64,000 nucleotides of DNA from Lama guanicoe (GCA_013239625.1 MU053416.1:47562-111561), one strand, 5' to 3'. Shown: positions 26,326 to 40,354, counted from the stretch's first letter. Translations and numbers: made by a program. Notes: generated from the letters alone by a model not told the origin.

Positions 26326-26719
26326 GCAACAATCAAACTGGAGAGTGAGTAATAAAGAAGTTAACTGATAGCAATGCTTCTGCCTACATGAGACCTAAAA
26401 TAAACCTACACTGATCCCTGCAATGAAAATGAAGAGATGAAGTCCCCAAAGAGAAAACAGACCAACAAGAAACCAAGAAAGGAAAGACTTTTCCATTAAC
26501 GATTCCAGGAAGGAGTGGAGCATGGTGGTGAAGAGCACAGATGCTGGGGACAAACATGATGGTCTGAGGTCCCACAGCACTGGGTAGCTGTGACACTGAT
26601 ATATCAATGAAATTTTCTGCATCTCAGTCTTCTATACATAGACAGGGGACAACAACAGCCCCCATCTCCTAGAACGGTCCTAAGAATTAAGTTATTTTAT
26701 ATATAAAAGTTTAAATAAA

Positions 26720-27770
26720 ATACCTCAGATTTTAAATATTACCTCAAAAGCACAAGGAACAAAGAAAACAGAGATAAATTGGCGTTCATCAAAATTTAAA
26801 ACTTTTCTTCAAAGGACACCATCCAGAAAGTGAAAAAACAACACACAAGAGAAAGTTTTTTAAAATCATTTATCTGATTAGGAAGTTGTATCTCCAAATA
26901 AAAAAAAAAACTCCTACAATTCAACAATAAAAAGGCAACTCAATTAGAAAATGAATAAAGGATCTGAAAATGTATTTTTCAAGGAAAATATACAAATGGC
27001 CAATAAGAACAGTGAAATGATGTTCAATATCATTAGCTGTAAGGGAAATCAAGTCAAAACCACTAGGAGAAACCACTTCACACTCACTACAATAGGTTAT
27101 AATCAAAAAAAGAGTAACAAGCACTAATGAGGACACAGAGGAAGCGGAGCGCGCAGCCCTTGCTGGTGAGGATGTAACACAGCGTGGCCACTTTGGAAAA
27201 CAGCCTGGCAGGTCCTCAGAGAGTTGAACATTTGGTTTCTGAATGACCCAGCAATTCTGCTCTCTGAGCACACACGTAAGAGAACTGAAAACAAATGTCC
27301 ACTTAAAAACTCCTACAGGAATGTTCACGGCGCCGTTACTCATCACAGCCAAAAAAGCAGAAACAACACAAATGCCTATCACCTGATGAATGGGTAAACA
27401 GAGGGGCCCAGCCATACAGTGGAATGTTATTCAGCAATAGCAAAGCATAGAGTACTGACCCAGGCCACAACGTGGACAAACATTGAAAACGTTACTCAGT
27501 GTGAAAGAAGTCAGTCACAATAGACGGTTCCATTTACATGAAACGGCTCGATTTACATGAAATGTCCAGCACAGGCAAATCCTCAGAGAGAGAAGAGGGG
27601 CTCCCTGGGGCTGGGGGAGGATGGGGAAGATGGGAATGACTGCTTATGCATACTGGGCTTCCTGTTGGGGGGATGAAGATGTTCTAAGATTGACTGTGAT
27701 GCACAATTCTGGGCCTAGAGTAAAAACCGCTGTACATTTTAATGGGTGAATTGTATTAAAACTGTTAAGA
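26720..27770 (+). mobile_element. L1 (L1MB-like) 3' end
   Basis: ttcatcaaaatttaaaac, tacaaatggccaataag, tgacccagcaattc, ttccatttacatgaaa, gggggatgaagatgttcta. Confidence 0.85.
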
Positions 27771-30421
27771 ACAAAAGCACCTCGGGCCAGTACCTTCCCA
27801 TAGTAAATGCAAATTGCTGACTTTTATTATAGGAAGAAGAAACTGCCCTCAGCATGAAAGCAGGAGATCAGCAAATGTGTGTTAGCCAAAATTGGACAAG
27901 AGCATTTCACTTGAAACAGTTGCTGAGTGCACACGAAATATTCAGAAATAGGAAAATCAGTTTGACATCACGAAGAAGCATTCTGCTTCAAATGCAGATC
28001 AAGGATTCGGCAAGCCCAGCTGCTAGAAATGACCAGAGAAGAACCTGGTTCTTAAAACAAACACCAGAGCCAACAAGGAAATGGTGGTGAGGAAAGCAGG
28101 CGGCCGAAAATCTGGAACAGTTTGCTACAAATAACTTCTCCACTGAAAATTCAAAAATAAAATGAAAGGGATGCAATGCTGTGCTGGCCTCACATGAATG
28201 GGCTTCCTCCGCTGGTCGACAGTTCTGTAACCCCGAATGAGAGACTCAGGAGAATCAGCATGGCTCCTGGCTGTCCCCAAGTGACTGCCCACCAGCATGT
28301 TGACCACCATCACATCTGCCAGGGTTGAACTGCAGACAAGAGACCAACTTCTGAAAGACACAGGAAATGTTGACAAGGGAAGAAGAGGCTGCTGTCAGTC
28401 CTGGGAAGAGGCCCTGTGAGCAGAGGCCAGAAGGCTGCAGGTGAACTGGAGTGGCCCTTGGGCAGGAAGGGACCACGGGGGAGCAGATCTCAATTCTCTT
28501 CTCTCTCTCCCTCGGGTAGGAGAGATAAAGCCTGCATCCTTCTCACCTGGAACTGTGGGTTCTGGCTGGCAGAAGCCTTTCCGACACGGAATGATTACTC
28601 AAGACTCTGTGGAAAAAGTCAAGAAAGCGAGAGGGAGTAGGGAGCCATCTCCACGAATGAGCCTCTCAAATACTCCCATATTTATTGTGTATAATCAAAG
28701 GAAAAAGTCATTAACAGTTGTGTGATAGTAAGCAGGAACTTGGGGAAAGACGGGCTGAGACAGAGATTGTAGAATCCACAATGATTACAAAAGCTTAGTG
28801 TATCTTTAGGGAAGTCATGGGGTGAGGGGAACAAGATACATACTTTAGATACGTGAATTACAACGCAGACCACCAGACCAGCCGGGTTCTTATTTTGGGG
28901 ATAATAGACTATCTAACCGCACACAAGCCCAGCTTTTATATCTGAGGGCCTGGGTGGTTGCTTTCCAATGAGCAGAGTGCTATCTAAATCCTCAACTATG
29001 CAAGCAAAGCATTGTCTCTGCTGTTTAAGGCAAGGAGACAGGCGTGAGCATGCACAGGCGCCTGCTTGCAAAACAGTTACTAAGCATATTTTTTTCTTCT
29101 TAAAGTTGACAGGCGGCTGGGGTCTGTTACAATTTGTTAACCCAATCATGGGCTCCCACATGGAACCATTATGGAGGACACCCTAGGATGACAAATCCTG
29201 ACTCTGGGCCTTTTCCTGCCAGCTTCAGCCACTCTAGCAGGGTCTAGGCACATCCCTGAATAACGATCCCACAGAACCACCCACACTCTTAACTCCTGGT
29301 GCTTGAAACTTAATTTTAGGTCTACACAACTTAACGTAGAAAAGTTTCAGAAATAAAAGATATTATATTCTTTTTATATCTCATCATAGGACTGACTTTT
29401 CTGATTGCTCTAAGCTGCTTCTACTTGGTAAAGTACCTAACACTGCAGGTGTAATCAGTACTTTCCATTGGGCATAACTAGTCAGTTTGGGCTCGCTAAC
29501 TTCTATTGGTCAAATACCGATACACTTAATTGATTTTATTGTTCATCAATTTCAGACGGGAGGAGAGGGAGTGTCACTCTGTTCCTCAGCCCACCCTCAA
29601 CTCTTTTCTCATCAGCAACTCAGGCCTCCTGAAAACAAAACAAAACATTTATTTCCCTTCTACACTTTCCACAAACCCAACAGGAAACATCAGCCTGGAG
29701 AAAGAATTCAACACAAATGTTACAACAAAGATCTATAAACCTGAATCAACTCCATCTCCGAATCATGATACACAATGACATGAGATTAAATGTGTCAGGC
29801 ACAAAGCATGCGTGAGCCTGTCCACCTGATTTCTGTTCTTCAAAGGAAGGAAGGTTTTCATATATTTTATTATCACTCTTTGTGATTATTTCTGATTAAG
29901 CCAAAAAATAGTTTATGAAATAATTAAGCACTGCAATAGCAGATTTTTTTTTGTATCAATTACAGAAGGCATTCAGAGGGGACAGGAATACCCACCTCTT
30001 TAAAAAATGCAAAATTTCTTCCCCTGTTAAGAACACGTACACAAAATGCAACAGAGAATTCAAATTCTTGTGGAGAGGAGCAAAAGCCACAGAATCAAAC
30101 AAAGTCATTAGTATGAGTCAATTCAACATTCACTGGACAAGCATGCTCAATGCATTCAAAGAATTGTAAAGGCACACTGCAAACCATTCACTTAATGATC
30201 TGCAGGCTAGAGGAAGAATTTCCCTCTTTAACAGACAACAGAATTCAATAGGGTGCCCCACCAAACAAGGACCAAATAACAATCAAGTTTTTAACATTTC
30301 TGAAAAATCAGCATGTTCTAAATATCAAAATGCAGAAATTTTAAACATTCAATCACACCACAATGAAACAAGCACTTGAAAAAAAAAAAAACCAAAGAAA
30401 CTAAGCACATAGACCATGTAC

Positions 30422-30448
30422 ATAGATCAATGAGAACTTCTTGTACCG
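30422..30448 (-). pseudogene. TRAPPC9: TRAPPC9 exon 5 remnant (27-nt microexon)
   Basis: ttctttcttccag|CG GTA CAA GAA GTT CTC ATT GAT CTA T|gtacat encodes VQEVLIDL versus AQEVLIDP in TRAPPC9. It is exactly 27 nt and lies between the exon 3 and exon 6 remnants. Confidence 0.85.
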
Positions 30449-31308
30449 CTGGAAGAAAGAACAGGCTATAGCCCTTTACTTGAAAAATAAAACTACTTTT
30501 AAAGATAACTGCTAAAACACATTTCATCATTCATGTTACATTGAAAAATCTGAGGCACTTGTATGTGATTAGAAAAGCAATTCTGAGTAATAGTATGTTA
30601 CAATTCAGACCCAGTTTGCTTTAGAAGAAAAGAGAAAAGAAAAGCTACTGTTTCTCATATCCTGCACAATGAGTGAAGTGCCTCCCTACCTCTTTCTCCT
30701 CCCATTTTCTAAGCTCATATTCCCCAACCCTTCTGAAACAAGCAAGAGAACCTCTAATTCCCACCAATATGCCGAATGACAAAAGAATATCAATTTATTT
30801 GTGTAAATATATGCCTACATCTTGAACTGGAGGAGAAAGGTATCAGAAGTCTACATGGAAGTTATTTCTGCCTTCCTGAAATCATACACACATTCACACA
30901 GACACAGACACATACTTCCTGGATTACTGGGCACTTCACAAGCTTAGGACTTCCAACTTCTAGAAGGTAACTTTATAGTTAGTTTAAAATACAAAACTGT
31001 CAGCTTTTGAAAGCCTTGATAATCTGCTAAACCATCCAAATATGAAAGAGACCCAATTAGCCTTCTCTGTAGAATGTAATTTCCAATGATGGCAAAACAG
31101 ACCCTAAGAAGTACTGGATCCAAGACTCGTGTTTATCACTATTTATGACCTTTTTTAATCACATTAACATATTCAGAAAGGTTTGTCCCAACATTTATTC
31201 TTATTGAAAAAGCATACGTGTTCAATTGTCTGTACAGAGACTAGGTCCCATGATGGTGTTTAAGAGCTATTTTGTGTATTACAATATTGATTTTTAAGTG
31301 CAGACAAG

Positions 31309-31400
31309 GATTGTGGGTATTACTCAGTTGTAGAGCACTTTCTTAGCACGCACAATGTCCTGGCTTTAGTCCCCAGTACTTCCAAAAAAATAAATAAAAA
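31309..31400 (+). mobile_element. Camelid tRNA-derived SINE
   Basis: gggtattactcagttgtagagcactttcttagcacgcacaatgtcctggctttagtccccagtac plus A tail; taagtgca on both flanks. Confidence 0.8.
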
Positions 31401-33065
31401 TAAGTGCATATTTAAATATAAGAATAAAGTTATAAAAAATGCAGACTAAAAACCACCGCAATCTAGGAGCCACAATTATAATAAAAAAACAAGTGTTTCT
31501 ATCAAATATTGACTATATACCAATCACAGAGACAATCACAAATCACACCTGATAACCATCACGTGTGATTCTCAGCAAACCTACTAAGTAGACACGGGTG
31601 AGAAACCCGGCACTGCGGATGAGGAGACAGAGCTCGGAGGAGCCGGGGACACTGACCGTCCTGCTTCCCGTGACACCACGTCAGCCCAGGACAAGTGCAG
31701 ACAGAGCTGCGCTGAGGGGACACCGAGCTGCATGGAAGCTTGGAGGACTGGGGAGTCCCAGAAAACACTAAAAATTGTTCAGTGAATAACCAGCTCAAAT
31801 ATATTACACTGTGCTGCATCCTTTAAACAGGGAACATGACTGAGTCCTTTTTTGATGCCTCCGTGTCCTTTCTGCCATCATCAGTTACTTGCCCTCTCAG
31901 CGCGACCAGTGATGAACTGGACCCCTTATGAAGTGCACTCAGATGGCAGAGCTTTTAAAGCTGTTTTATGAAGTTTGTAAGACTCTGACTATGCCTCACG
32001 CAGGCGGTCATCCATCACTTCTCACCGGTGTGGATGTACCACTTGAAATCACCCCTTTCTGCTTTTTAAAATCCCTTCATCTACTCCAGACTTTTCAACA
32101 GTAAAGAAGCAGCTCAACCACAGACAGTGGACAGCTTATCTCCAAATGGACTCAAACAGTCCATCGGACTACCTGGAAGCCCTTTTCTTCTATTAAACCC
32201 ACTTCCAGGTACTTCATCGTTTCCTGCTTGGTGGACTTGGCCTCTGACAGGCCTACTCAGAGAGCTCCCAGCCTCACATCCGGGGGTGGGAGAGGACCCT
32301 GCTTTGGGGGAAATCAGTGAGGAAGGCGGACATCCTCCAGCCAGGTCTGCACGGGTAGAAGTGCCACAACGTGCTCAGAAATTATACCGTCAGCACCCCT
32401 GGGCTCCCATGGACTGGTTTCACATTAACCAAATTCATGAGAGACTGATGTAAGATAACCAGAAAAGAAGCAGAGAGGGTTTCTAGATTACCTCAATGGA
32501 ATAAATTTCTGTTATATGAACAGATCTACTGACTGGAAAACAATTAACGCAAATCACGGTGCACTCTTCGTGGACACTGGCCGAGCCGAGAAAAAGGTAT
32601 CAGAAGTCTACATGGAAGTTATTTCTGCCTTCCTGAAATCATACACACATTCACACAGACACAGACACATACTTCCTGGATTACTGGGCACTTCACAAGC
32701 TTAGGACTTCCAACTTCTAGAAGGTAACTTTATAGTTAGTTTAAAATACAAAACTGTCAGCTTTTGAAAGCCTTGATAATCTGCTAAACCATCCAAATAT
32801 GAAAGAGACCCAATTAGCCTTCTCTGTAGAATGTAATTTCCAATGATGGCAAAACAGACCCTAAGAAGTACTGGATCCAAGACTCGTGTTTATCACTATT
32901 TATGACCTTTTTTAATCACATTAACATATTCAGAAAGGTTTGTCCCAACATTTATTCTTATTGAAAAAGCATACGTGTTCAATTGTCTGTACAGAGACTA
33001 GGTCCCATGATGGTGTTTAAGAGCTATTTTGTGTATTACAATATTGATTTTTAAGTGCAGACAAG

Positions 33066-33157
33066 GATTGTGGGTATTACTCAGTTGTAGAGCACTTTCT
33101 TAGCATGCACAATGTCCTGGCTTTAGTCCCCAGTACTTCCAAAAAAATAAATAAAAA
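33066..33157 (+). mobile_element. Same SINE within the duplicated copy
   Basis: Copy of 31309-31400 at offset 1757. Confidence 0.8.
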
Positions 33158-34589
33158 TAAGTGCATATTTAAATATAAGAATAAAGTTATAAAAAATGCA
33201 GACTAAAAACCACTGCAATCTAGGAGCCACAATTATAATAAAAAAACAAGTGTTTCTATCAAATATTGACTATATACCAATCACAGAGACAATCACAAAT
33301 CACACCTGATAACCATCACGTGTGATTCTGAGCAAACCTACTAAGTAGACACGGGTGAGAAACCCGGCACTGCGGATGAGGAGACAGAGCTCGGAGGAGC
33401 CGGGGACACTGACCGTCCTGCTTCCCGTGACACCACGTCAGCCCAGGACAAGTGCAGACAGAGCTGCGCTGAGGGGACACCGAGCTGCATGGAAGCTTGG
33501 AGGACTGGGGAGTCCCAGAAAACACTAAAAATTGTTCAGTGAATAACCAGCTCAAATATATTACACTGTGCTGCATCCTTTAAACAGGGAACATGACTGA
33601 GTCCTTTTTTGATGCCTCCGTGTCCTTTCTGCCATCATCAGTTACTTGCCCTCTCAGCGCGACCAGTGATGAACTGGACCCCTTATGAAGTGCACTCAGA
33701 TGGCAGAGCTTTTAAAGCTGTTTTATGAAGTTTGTAAGACTCTGACTATGCCTCACGCAGGCGGTCATCCATCACTTCTCACCGGTGTGGATGTACCACT
33801 TGAAATCACCCCTTTCTGCTTTTTAAAATCCCTTCATCTACTCCAGACTTTTCAACAGTAAAGAAGCAGCTCAACCACAGACAGTGGACAGCTTATCTCC
33901 AAATGGACTCAAACAGTCCATCGGACTACCTGGAAGCCCTTTTCTTCTATTAAACCCACTTCCAGGTACTTCATCGTTTCCTGGTTGGTGGACTTGGCCT
34001 CTGACAGGCCTACTCAGAGAGCTCCCAGCCTCACATCCGGGGGTGGGAGAGGACCCTGCTTTGGGGGAAATCAGTGAGGAAGGCGGACATCCTCCAGCCA
34101 GGTCTGCACGGGTAGAAGTGCCACAACGTGCTCAGAAATTATACCGTCCGCACCCCTGGGCTCCCATGGACTGGTTTCACATTAACCAAATTCATGAGAG
34201 ACTGATGTAAGATAACCAGAAATTTAACTTATTAATGTAACAGGAGACGTGAAACTACGAACCAGACTGAAATATCAGAGTTCAACCATGAGTACATTTT
34301 CTCCTCAACGGCCCAACCACGGGCAGGTAGTCACATGGCAAGCGTGGACAGAAGCAGAGCAGGAAGGGTTTCTAGATTACCTCAATGGAATAAATTTCTG
34401 TTATATGAACAGATCTACTGACTGGAAAACAATTAACGCAAATCACGGTGCACTCTTCGTGGACACTGGCCGAGACATGACTGTGAGAACCTGTGTAACT
34501 CTTCTTTCCCTGTCCTTTCTGGGCTAACTGATGCACAGAGGTACAGAGATACAGGCATGCAGATATCTCTAAACACCCAAAGCCCATCT

Positions 34590-34810
34590 CTGGCAGCCTG
34601 AAAACCAGATAGCCAGGGTTTAAATATCAGCTCTGCCCCTTACTAGCTCTGTGACCTTGACTAAATTACTCTCTCTTTGCCTCAATTTCCACATTGTGAA
34701 ACTGGGTTAACAATCAAATCCTCCTTATTGGCTTGTTGAGAAGATTGAAGGATTCATTTCTGTAAAACTCTCAGAAAAGAATGTAGCACATTTTTGGTGC
34801 TCAACAAATG
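34590..34810 (-). mobile_element. MIR SINE remnant
   Basis: gggtttaaatatcagctctgccccttactagctctgtgaccttg...cctcaatttcc...ggtgctcaacaaatg. Confidence 0.7.
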
Positions 34811-37800
34811 TCAACTTAATATTAAAGTGATATACAAGTCTCGTTTCTAATCTTCTGTGTTTCCTGGATATTCTAAGTCCCAAAGGAAATCCTTATTTCT
34901 CCTTTTATAAACTCTTGGGGAGCACCCTTCTGTTCCACCCCACCACCTGTTTAAACTGAGGGAGGGGATGCCTCCTCCCCATTCCTCTGGGCCACGGAGA
35001 GTGCTTCTCCCTTCACACCCCTGACCCCTGGCCCACAGCTAGCCCTTGTCACACTAACAGAGTGAGGTGTGAGTCCGGGGAGACAAGCAGGGCATGTAAA
35101 ACCCTCTCTTTCCTTCCAGTGTTGGCAACCTCGGGAAGCAACCTGGGATGCTCAGCTCCGTAGATGGGGCAGATCCTCTCAAGGGAAGGCTCGCTGTGGC
35201 CCAGAGCTACCTGGGACAGGATGAGTCTCTACTTCTGGGACACAGTATCATGACACTCATTTTCCCACAGCCCTGAAGTTCATGGAGAACGTGGCTTCAT
35301 CAGTAACAGAGAAGACATTTATAGCCTGCCTACTCTTCTGTATCATCTCTCAGTTGGATGCTGGAGACAACATGTGTATAAGTATTGGATCCCCTTAAGC
35401 CCCAACATATATGAAGTAACAAAAAATTCTGTGGCTTAACGTTGTTTCAGGGCGACTGTGTAACAGTTCTGTCTCTGCTGATGCTTAATTATGGGTATAG
35501 GAACTATGGAACCTCCTCAAATATCTTTCATCATAAAACCAGCTTTTCTTATTTTCCTGTTTCTTAGTAATTGCCAAAGACTATAAAATGATGGCTTCAC
35601 ACAAAACAGCAGCTGAAGTTTATGGCCCTCTTGACATACCCACTGTGGTAAACAGTTTACATAATTTCTAATTCTCACAATTCTACAAAGCAGATACGAG
35701 AGGTCCCATTTTACAGACGATGGATAAACACAGAACGAACTGACTCAGGCTCACGTGGCTCAGTGGCAGCACGTGCACGCAAACCCAGATCAAAAAACTA
35801 CACCCCTTCGTATATGTACCAAATCACCTCCCACCAATTAACACACAGCGGCGGGGTCAATACTCAGGGAGCTCAGTACACTTTTCAGCTTTAAGGTGCT
35901 CCAGAGGGCGCTTCTAGCTGTTTTATAAAATCCCGGCTCACTGGCTTGTAACACTGGAAGAAAAGTGTGGTTTTGCCTTTGTTGCACAACAAGTCTGAAA
36001 TGTTCACAGCGAGATGGCAGAGTAAAACAAAGATATAGGCAGAATAATTTTTCCAGGTAGACAGACATAATGGACATTGTGCTATCCAAAAGCATTAAGC
36101 AAAGAAATCAAAATAAAATCACGTTGTTTAAGCCTTCTTTTATGAACAGGAAAATTAAGACTGTAAGAAGGTGCAACAGCGCCACCTATTGCTAAAAAGA
36201 CCTTCCAGGTTGCCGGGAAACATGCAACACAAAAATTGCCTGTAGGATCAGAAACGATAATCAGATAATAAAAAGCTTATGTAGCACATACTGCACTTTG
36301 CTTCGGGGAAGGGAGGGATATTCATTATTTAATCTGATATTGCTAATACTCCTGAATATAAACAAAAGATATAGGCTCATGGAAACTCATCTTAGAAGAG
36401 GAAAGAATCCAGTCCAGCCACTTCATTTTACAGGAGGGGAGACTGAGACCTGGGATCTGTTCTCCTGGCAATCAGTAGCAAACCTCTCCTAGGCCTCATG
36501 TCTTGCACTGTAGCAAAAACCAACAGATCTGAACTAGGCCTATATTCATAAAAGTCACGTCTGTATTTTTCCAACAGTAGGTAATCTAAGTATCTTGCAA
36601 AATACTTCTCAAAGAGCCAGGAAATCATACAAGTTTGTTGAAATACAAAAACTTTTATTTACATATTAAAACAGCATGAGCTTTATTCTCTCTATTAAAA
36701 AAATGACATGTCAAATCAATGTTTTGATATTTTAAATCCTGTTAAAAGTGCAGAAAAAAATCAAAATTTTCTTTAATCACAAAAGAGAGAAGCTTATTCC
36801 CTGAAAATGATCAATGTGGATTTTTTTAAACTTAATGGTTCTGGTCAGATTCCCACGAATTTAGAAGTCTGAGTGGATGGTTACACGGCAACATGAATTC
36901 TGAGTTGTAACAATACACATTCTGTGTAAATAATCTTCAAGGTCTTCTGCTTAAGGCAATTTAACTAGTCTCTGTCTTATCAGAATGATACTGATTTCAT
37001 TAAAAGTTCATACTGCACTAAAAAAAGCAAACAAACTGAATCCTTGTTACTTTAAGCCATATTCATATATATCATATATATACATATTGAATATGCATCA
37101 GAAATATGCCACCCTCTTTAGTATTCAGAGTTGATCCTTCTAAATGATCTCTCATTGTGGCAGCACATTTTTATTAAGCACCTCTTGGGTGCTTTGTATT
37201 CAAGGCATCTAACTCTCACAGTCAGAAAATGTAAACGGTATTACTCAAACTTTACAAGTGAGGAAATGTACTTAAGCCATGAAAACAACTTACATATTCA
37301 TCATCAGGAAAGAAAAGAGTAAAGATTTTTCTTACAATACTCACTAACAATATTTTCTTCCATACAAAGACAACATAAAGCCAATTCAGTCTGTAAATTG
37401 TTCTGTCAATAAGGACCACTAGAGAAAAACAAGTAACATCAATAGCAATGGTTGGAGTTTCAAAGCCCACTCCTCTTTTGCACTATAATAATTTTTAATG
37501 TTTTGTTTTTAGTGCTTACAGAGCACTAAAATAAAAAAAATAACTTTCTAAGTTATTACCTGAGAATAAAAAATTTGTGAAAATATACAACTTTAATTTA
37601 TGCCACTCTGTCTCACATTCTCACTGGTGTCTCTCCTTTGAAGGCCTCATCAGGCTGAGATCACTAAAATCGGTCATTTATGGACTCACAGGAGTTCGAG
37701 AAACCACACCACTCAACGCTGATTAGAGGAGCAATTAAGAATGCATCCTGTGCAGCCTGGGTTCCAGCACCGAGCTAGCCACCGCCAGCTGCATGTGATT

Positions 37801-38192
37801 TGGGACAAGCTGCCCCACCTCTCAATCCCTCAGCTGGTAAAAAGGAGACACCTATACCTACTCTCAAACACCTGCTATGAAGTAAAACATGAGGAAAGCA
37901 TTTTAGCCTTAGGTAGGTGTCCACTCAGAGCGAGTTTGTTCATTATGATGATGAGGAGGGCTGTTAATAAATTAAGCTAGACCAAAAAGTAGAAATCACT
38001 ATAAAGGAGAAACATTCTAAGTCAATGAGCATTTCCTTTTGGATGGATTGCAGAATGTTCTATCGATTTTTTAAATAAACCAAGTTTTGTCCATTAATTA
38101 TAGATTTACAGGTTCATAGACAAGTCTCCAGAAATAGAATTAGAGGCCTCTAACCTCTGAATACTAAGAAAGTAAAGGTTAAAAAAAAATCA

Positions 38193-38280
38193 GGGGGGAG
38201 ATTATACCTCATTTGGGAGAGTATGTGCTTAGCATGCATGAGGCCCTCAGTTCAGTCCCCAGTAACTCCATTTAAAAACA
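38193..38280 (+). mobile_element. Camelid tRNA-derived SINE
   Basis: ggggggagattatacctcatttgggagagtatgtgcttagcatgcatgaggccctcagttcagtccccagtaactcc. Confidence 0.8.
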
Positions 38281-39359
38281 TTTATTTTTTAAGAAATGGA
38301 GAATTAAAGCAAATAGATGGAGGAATACAGAATTTTTTTAGAGACTCAACTCAGATTTAAGATGGGGAAAAATCATCCATTTCTCAGAGGAAATCTTGAG
38401 AACTATGTAAACTGGATCTGAGATATCTAGACTTTTAACATTATTCATGAGTTCATATTACCAAGTCTTAAAACTACCTGATAAGCCACAGTGGTGATGC
38501 TGATCGTAACAACGGCCAAAAGGGATCCGGCTAGGAATGCTCTGTTCTGACATCTCTGCCCCTGAGGCCTCACCAGGCTGAGAGCACTAAATTCGGTCAT
38601 TCATGGGCATCTCGTGTAATCCTCCATTTGTGCTTCTCACTCCCCCCTCTCCAGCCCCTCTGAGGGAAGCACTGTTATCATCTTCCCCACCTGCAGTTAA
38701 GGCCACTGAGGCACAGAGACTAAACCCGTTCCAGGTCACGTTGGCATTAAAGGACGTCTGTATTTCTGCTATTTTGCTATGGACAAAGGAATCTGAGATA
38801 TCAATTCAAGAGAGACTGTTAAATAGTCAAGTCTGTCTGGTCTTCACCTCAAAGAGCAGATACTATAAGTTCCTGACGTAGCATGAGGCTGCCGCCACAA
38901 GCTGACTCAGCTTGAAATTAATATCCAAGATGAAGCAGCAGATATACATAAATATTCACGATTGTCAACTCCGTTCACGAGTCTGGGCCCTTCACTGCCT
39001 GAAGGGGGTGAAGTCATCACCCGTGTCTGGGAGGGAAGTGTGACTCTTCCAGGTCCCACCCAGGCTTCACGGGCTATTTCCCCCCACAGACTTTCCTCAA
39101 TGATTAAAAAGCTCTCAAGTTCTTTACACCATGCAAAACTGAAAGACATTTCTTCAGATGGCGCACTTTCTCAGGCTTAAACCTTTTTTGCCTACACTCA
39201 GCAAGGGGGAAAAAGAAACATGACTCTGCAAAGTCTCTGAGCCTCAACACTCACTGGAGTAGAACGGCCACAGCAGAAGAAGACTTTTCACATTGCAGGA
39301 TGAGAACAAAATAAAGCCGCCCCAACAACAGGCACTCCCAGAGACAGCGCTCAGCAGGC

Positions 39360-39890
39360 TTCTGCACACTCTCGGCTGTGCAGCCCTCACCACCATCTAT
39401 TTCCAGAACACTTCATCACCTCAGAAGAAACTCTCTGTCACTAGCAATCACTCCCTAACCCCCTCCAACCAGCCCCTTGCAACCATCACCTGCTTTCTGC
39501 CTCTGCATGTGCCTATTCTGGGCATTTCAGATCACTGAAATCAACAATATGTGGTCGTTTGTGTCTGGTTCCTTTCACTTAACATGCTGTTATCAAGGCT
39601 CGTCCATGTTGAAGTGGCATCAGTATCTCTCCCTTTTTTTTTTTTTTGAAAATGTTTAAGTTTATTAGAAGATGGTAAGTACTATCAAAAAGAGTAGAGT
39701 GGAGTATAAGAGATTGGGTTTCAAAGGGAAAAGGGCTGGTTGAGCAGTCAGGGAGGACTTCTAAGAGCAGGTGGCGTTTTTCATCTTCCCCTTTATTTTT
39801 CTTTTTTCTTTTTTATTCACTCTTATGTCTGAATAATGTTCCACTACACGGAGATACTACATTCTGTTCATCCATTCAGCAACTATGTAT
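39360..39890 (-). mobile_element. L1 3'UTR fragment, antisense
   Basis: caccaccatctatttccagaacacttcatcacc, gcctattctgggcatttca, ttctgttcatccattcagc. Confidence 0.75.
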
Positions 39891-40237
39891 GGACGAGGTC
39901 CAGAAGAATGAGTGTAAGATGTGACTAGCAGGGATGGCATTTAAGCAAAGAGCAAGGTGTGCTTTAAAAAAAAGGCCAACCGACAGAGGCGCAAGGAAAT
40001 TCAGCGCATCTCTGAGCAAAGTGCATGCTTGCTTTGGCAGGACTACCTTGCAGGGCTGGGGTGGATAACGGCACGAATCACGGTGAGGGAGTCACCTGAG
40101 AAGACTGCCCACTGCAAACAGCTCAGCCAATTCTCCTCTCTCATCCTGTATTTTTAGGGCCATGTTTCTAGGTTTCTCTTATTTCAAGTAATAGCACTTT
40201 AACTACACATCTGATCATCTGCATCAGACCACCTTAC

Positions 40238-40354
40238 CTACAAGCCACAGAAAATCACTGACCGGAGCAGCTCCAGGACATAACGGTGATGGATCAGGGG
40301 GTCCTGCAGCATCCCGGCCTGCAGACACAAACCCCACATGTGCCTTGGTGATGT
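40238..40354 (-). pseudogene. TRAPPC9: TRAPPC9 exon 3 remnant (117 nt, internally deleted, acceptor mutated)
   Basis: Minus strand ...tgtgtctgcaggccgggatgctgcaggaccccctg...gagctgctccggtcagtgattttctgtggcttgtag|gtaagg resembles [32 protein letters not shown]. The acceptor reads tttccgg instead of tttccag. Confidence 0.88.

Larger units (their letters stand above)
30836..34474. repeat. ~1.75-kb tandem duplication (30836-32585 and 32593-34474)
   Basis: Offset 1757 with about 5 substitutions seen. The first copy lacks 34223-34349 of the second; junction ccgag-ccgag-aaaaaggtat. Confidence 0.95.
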
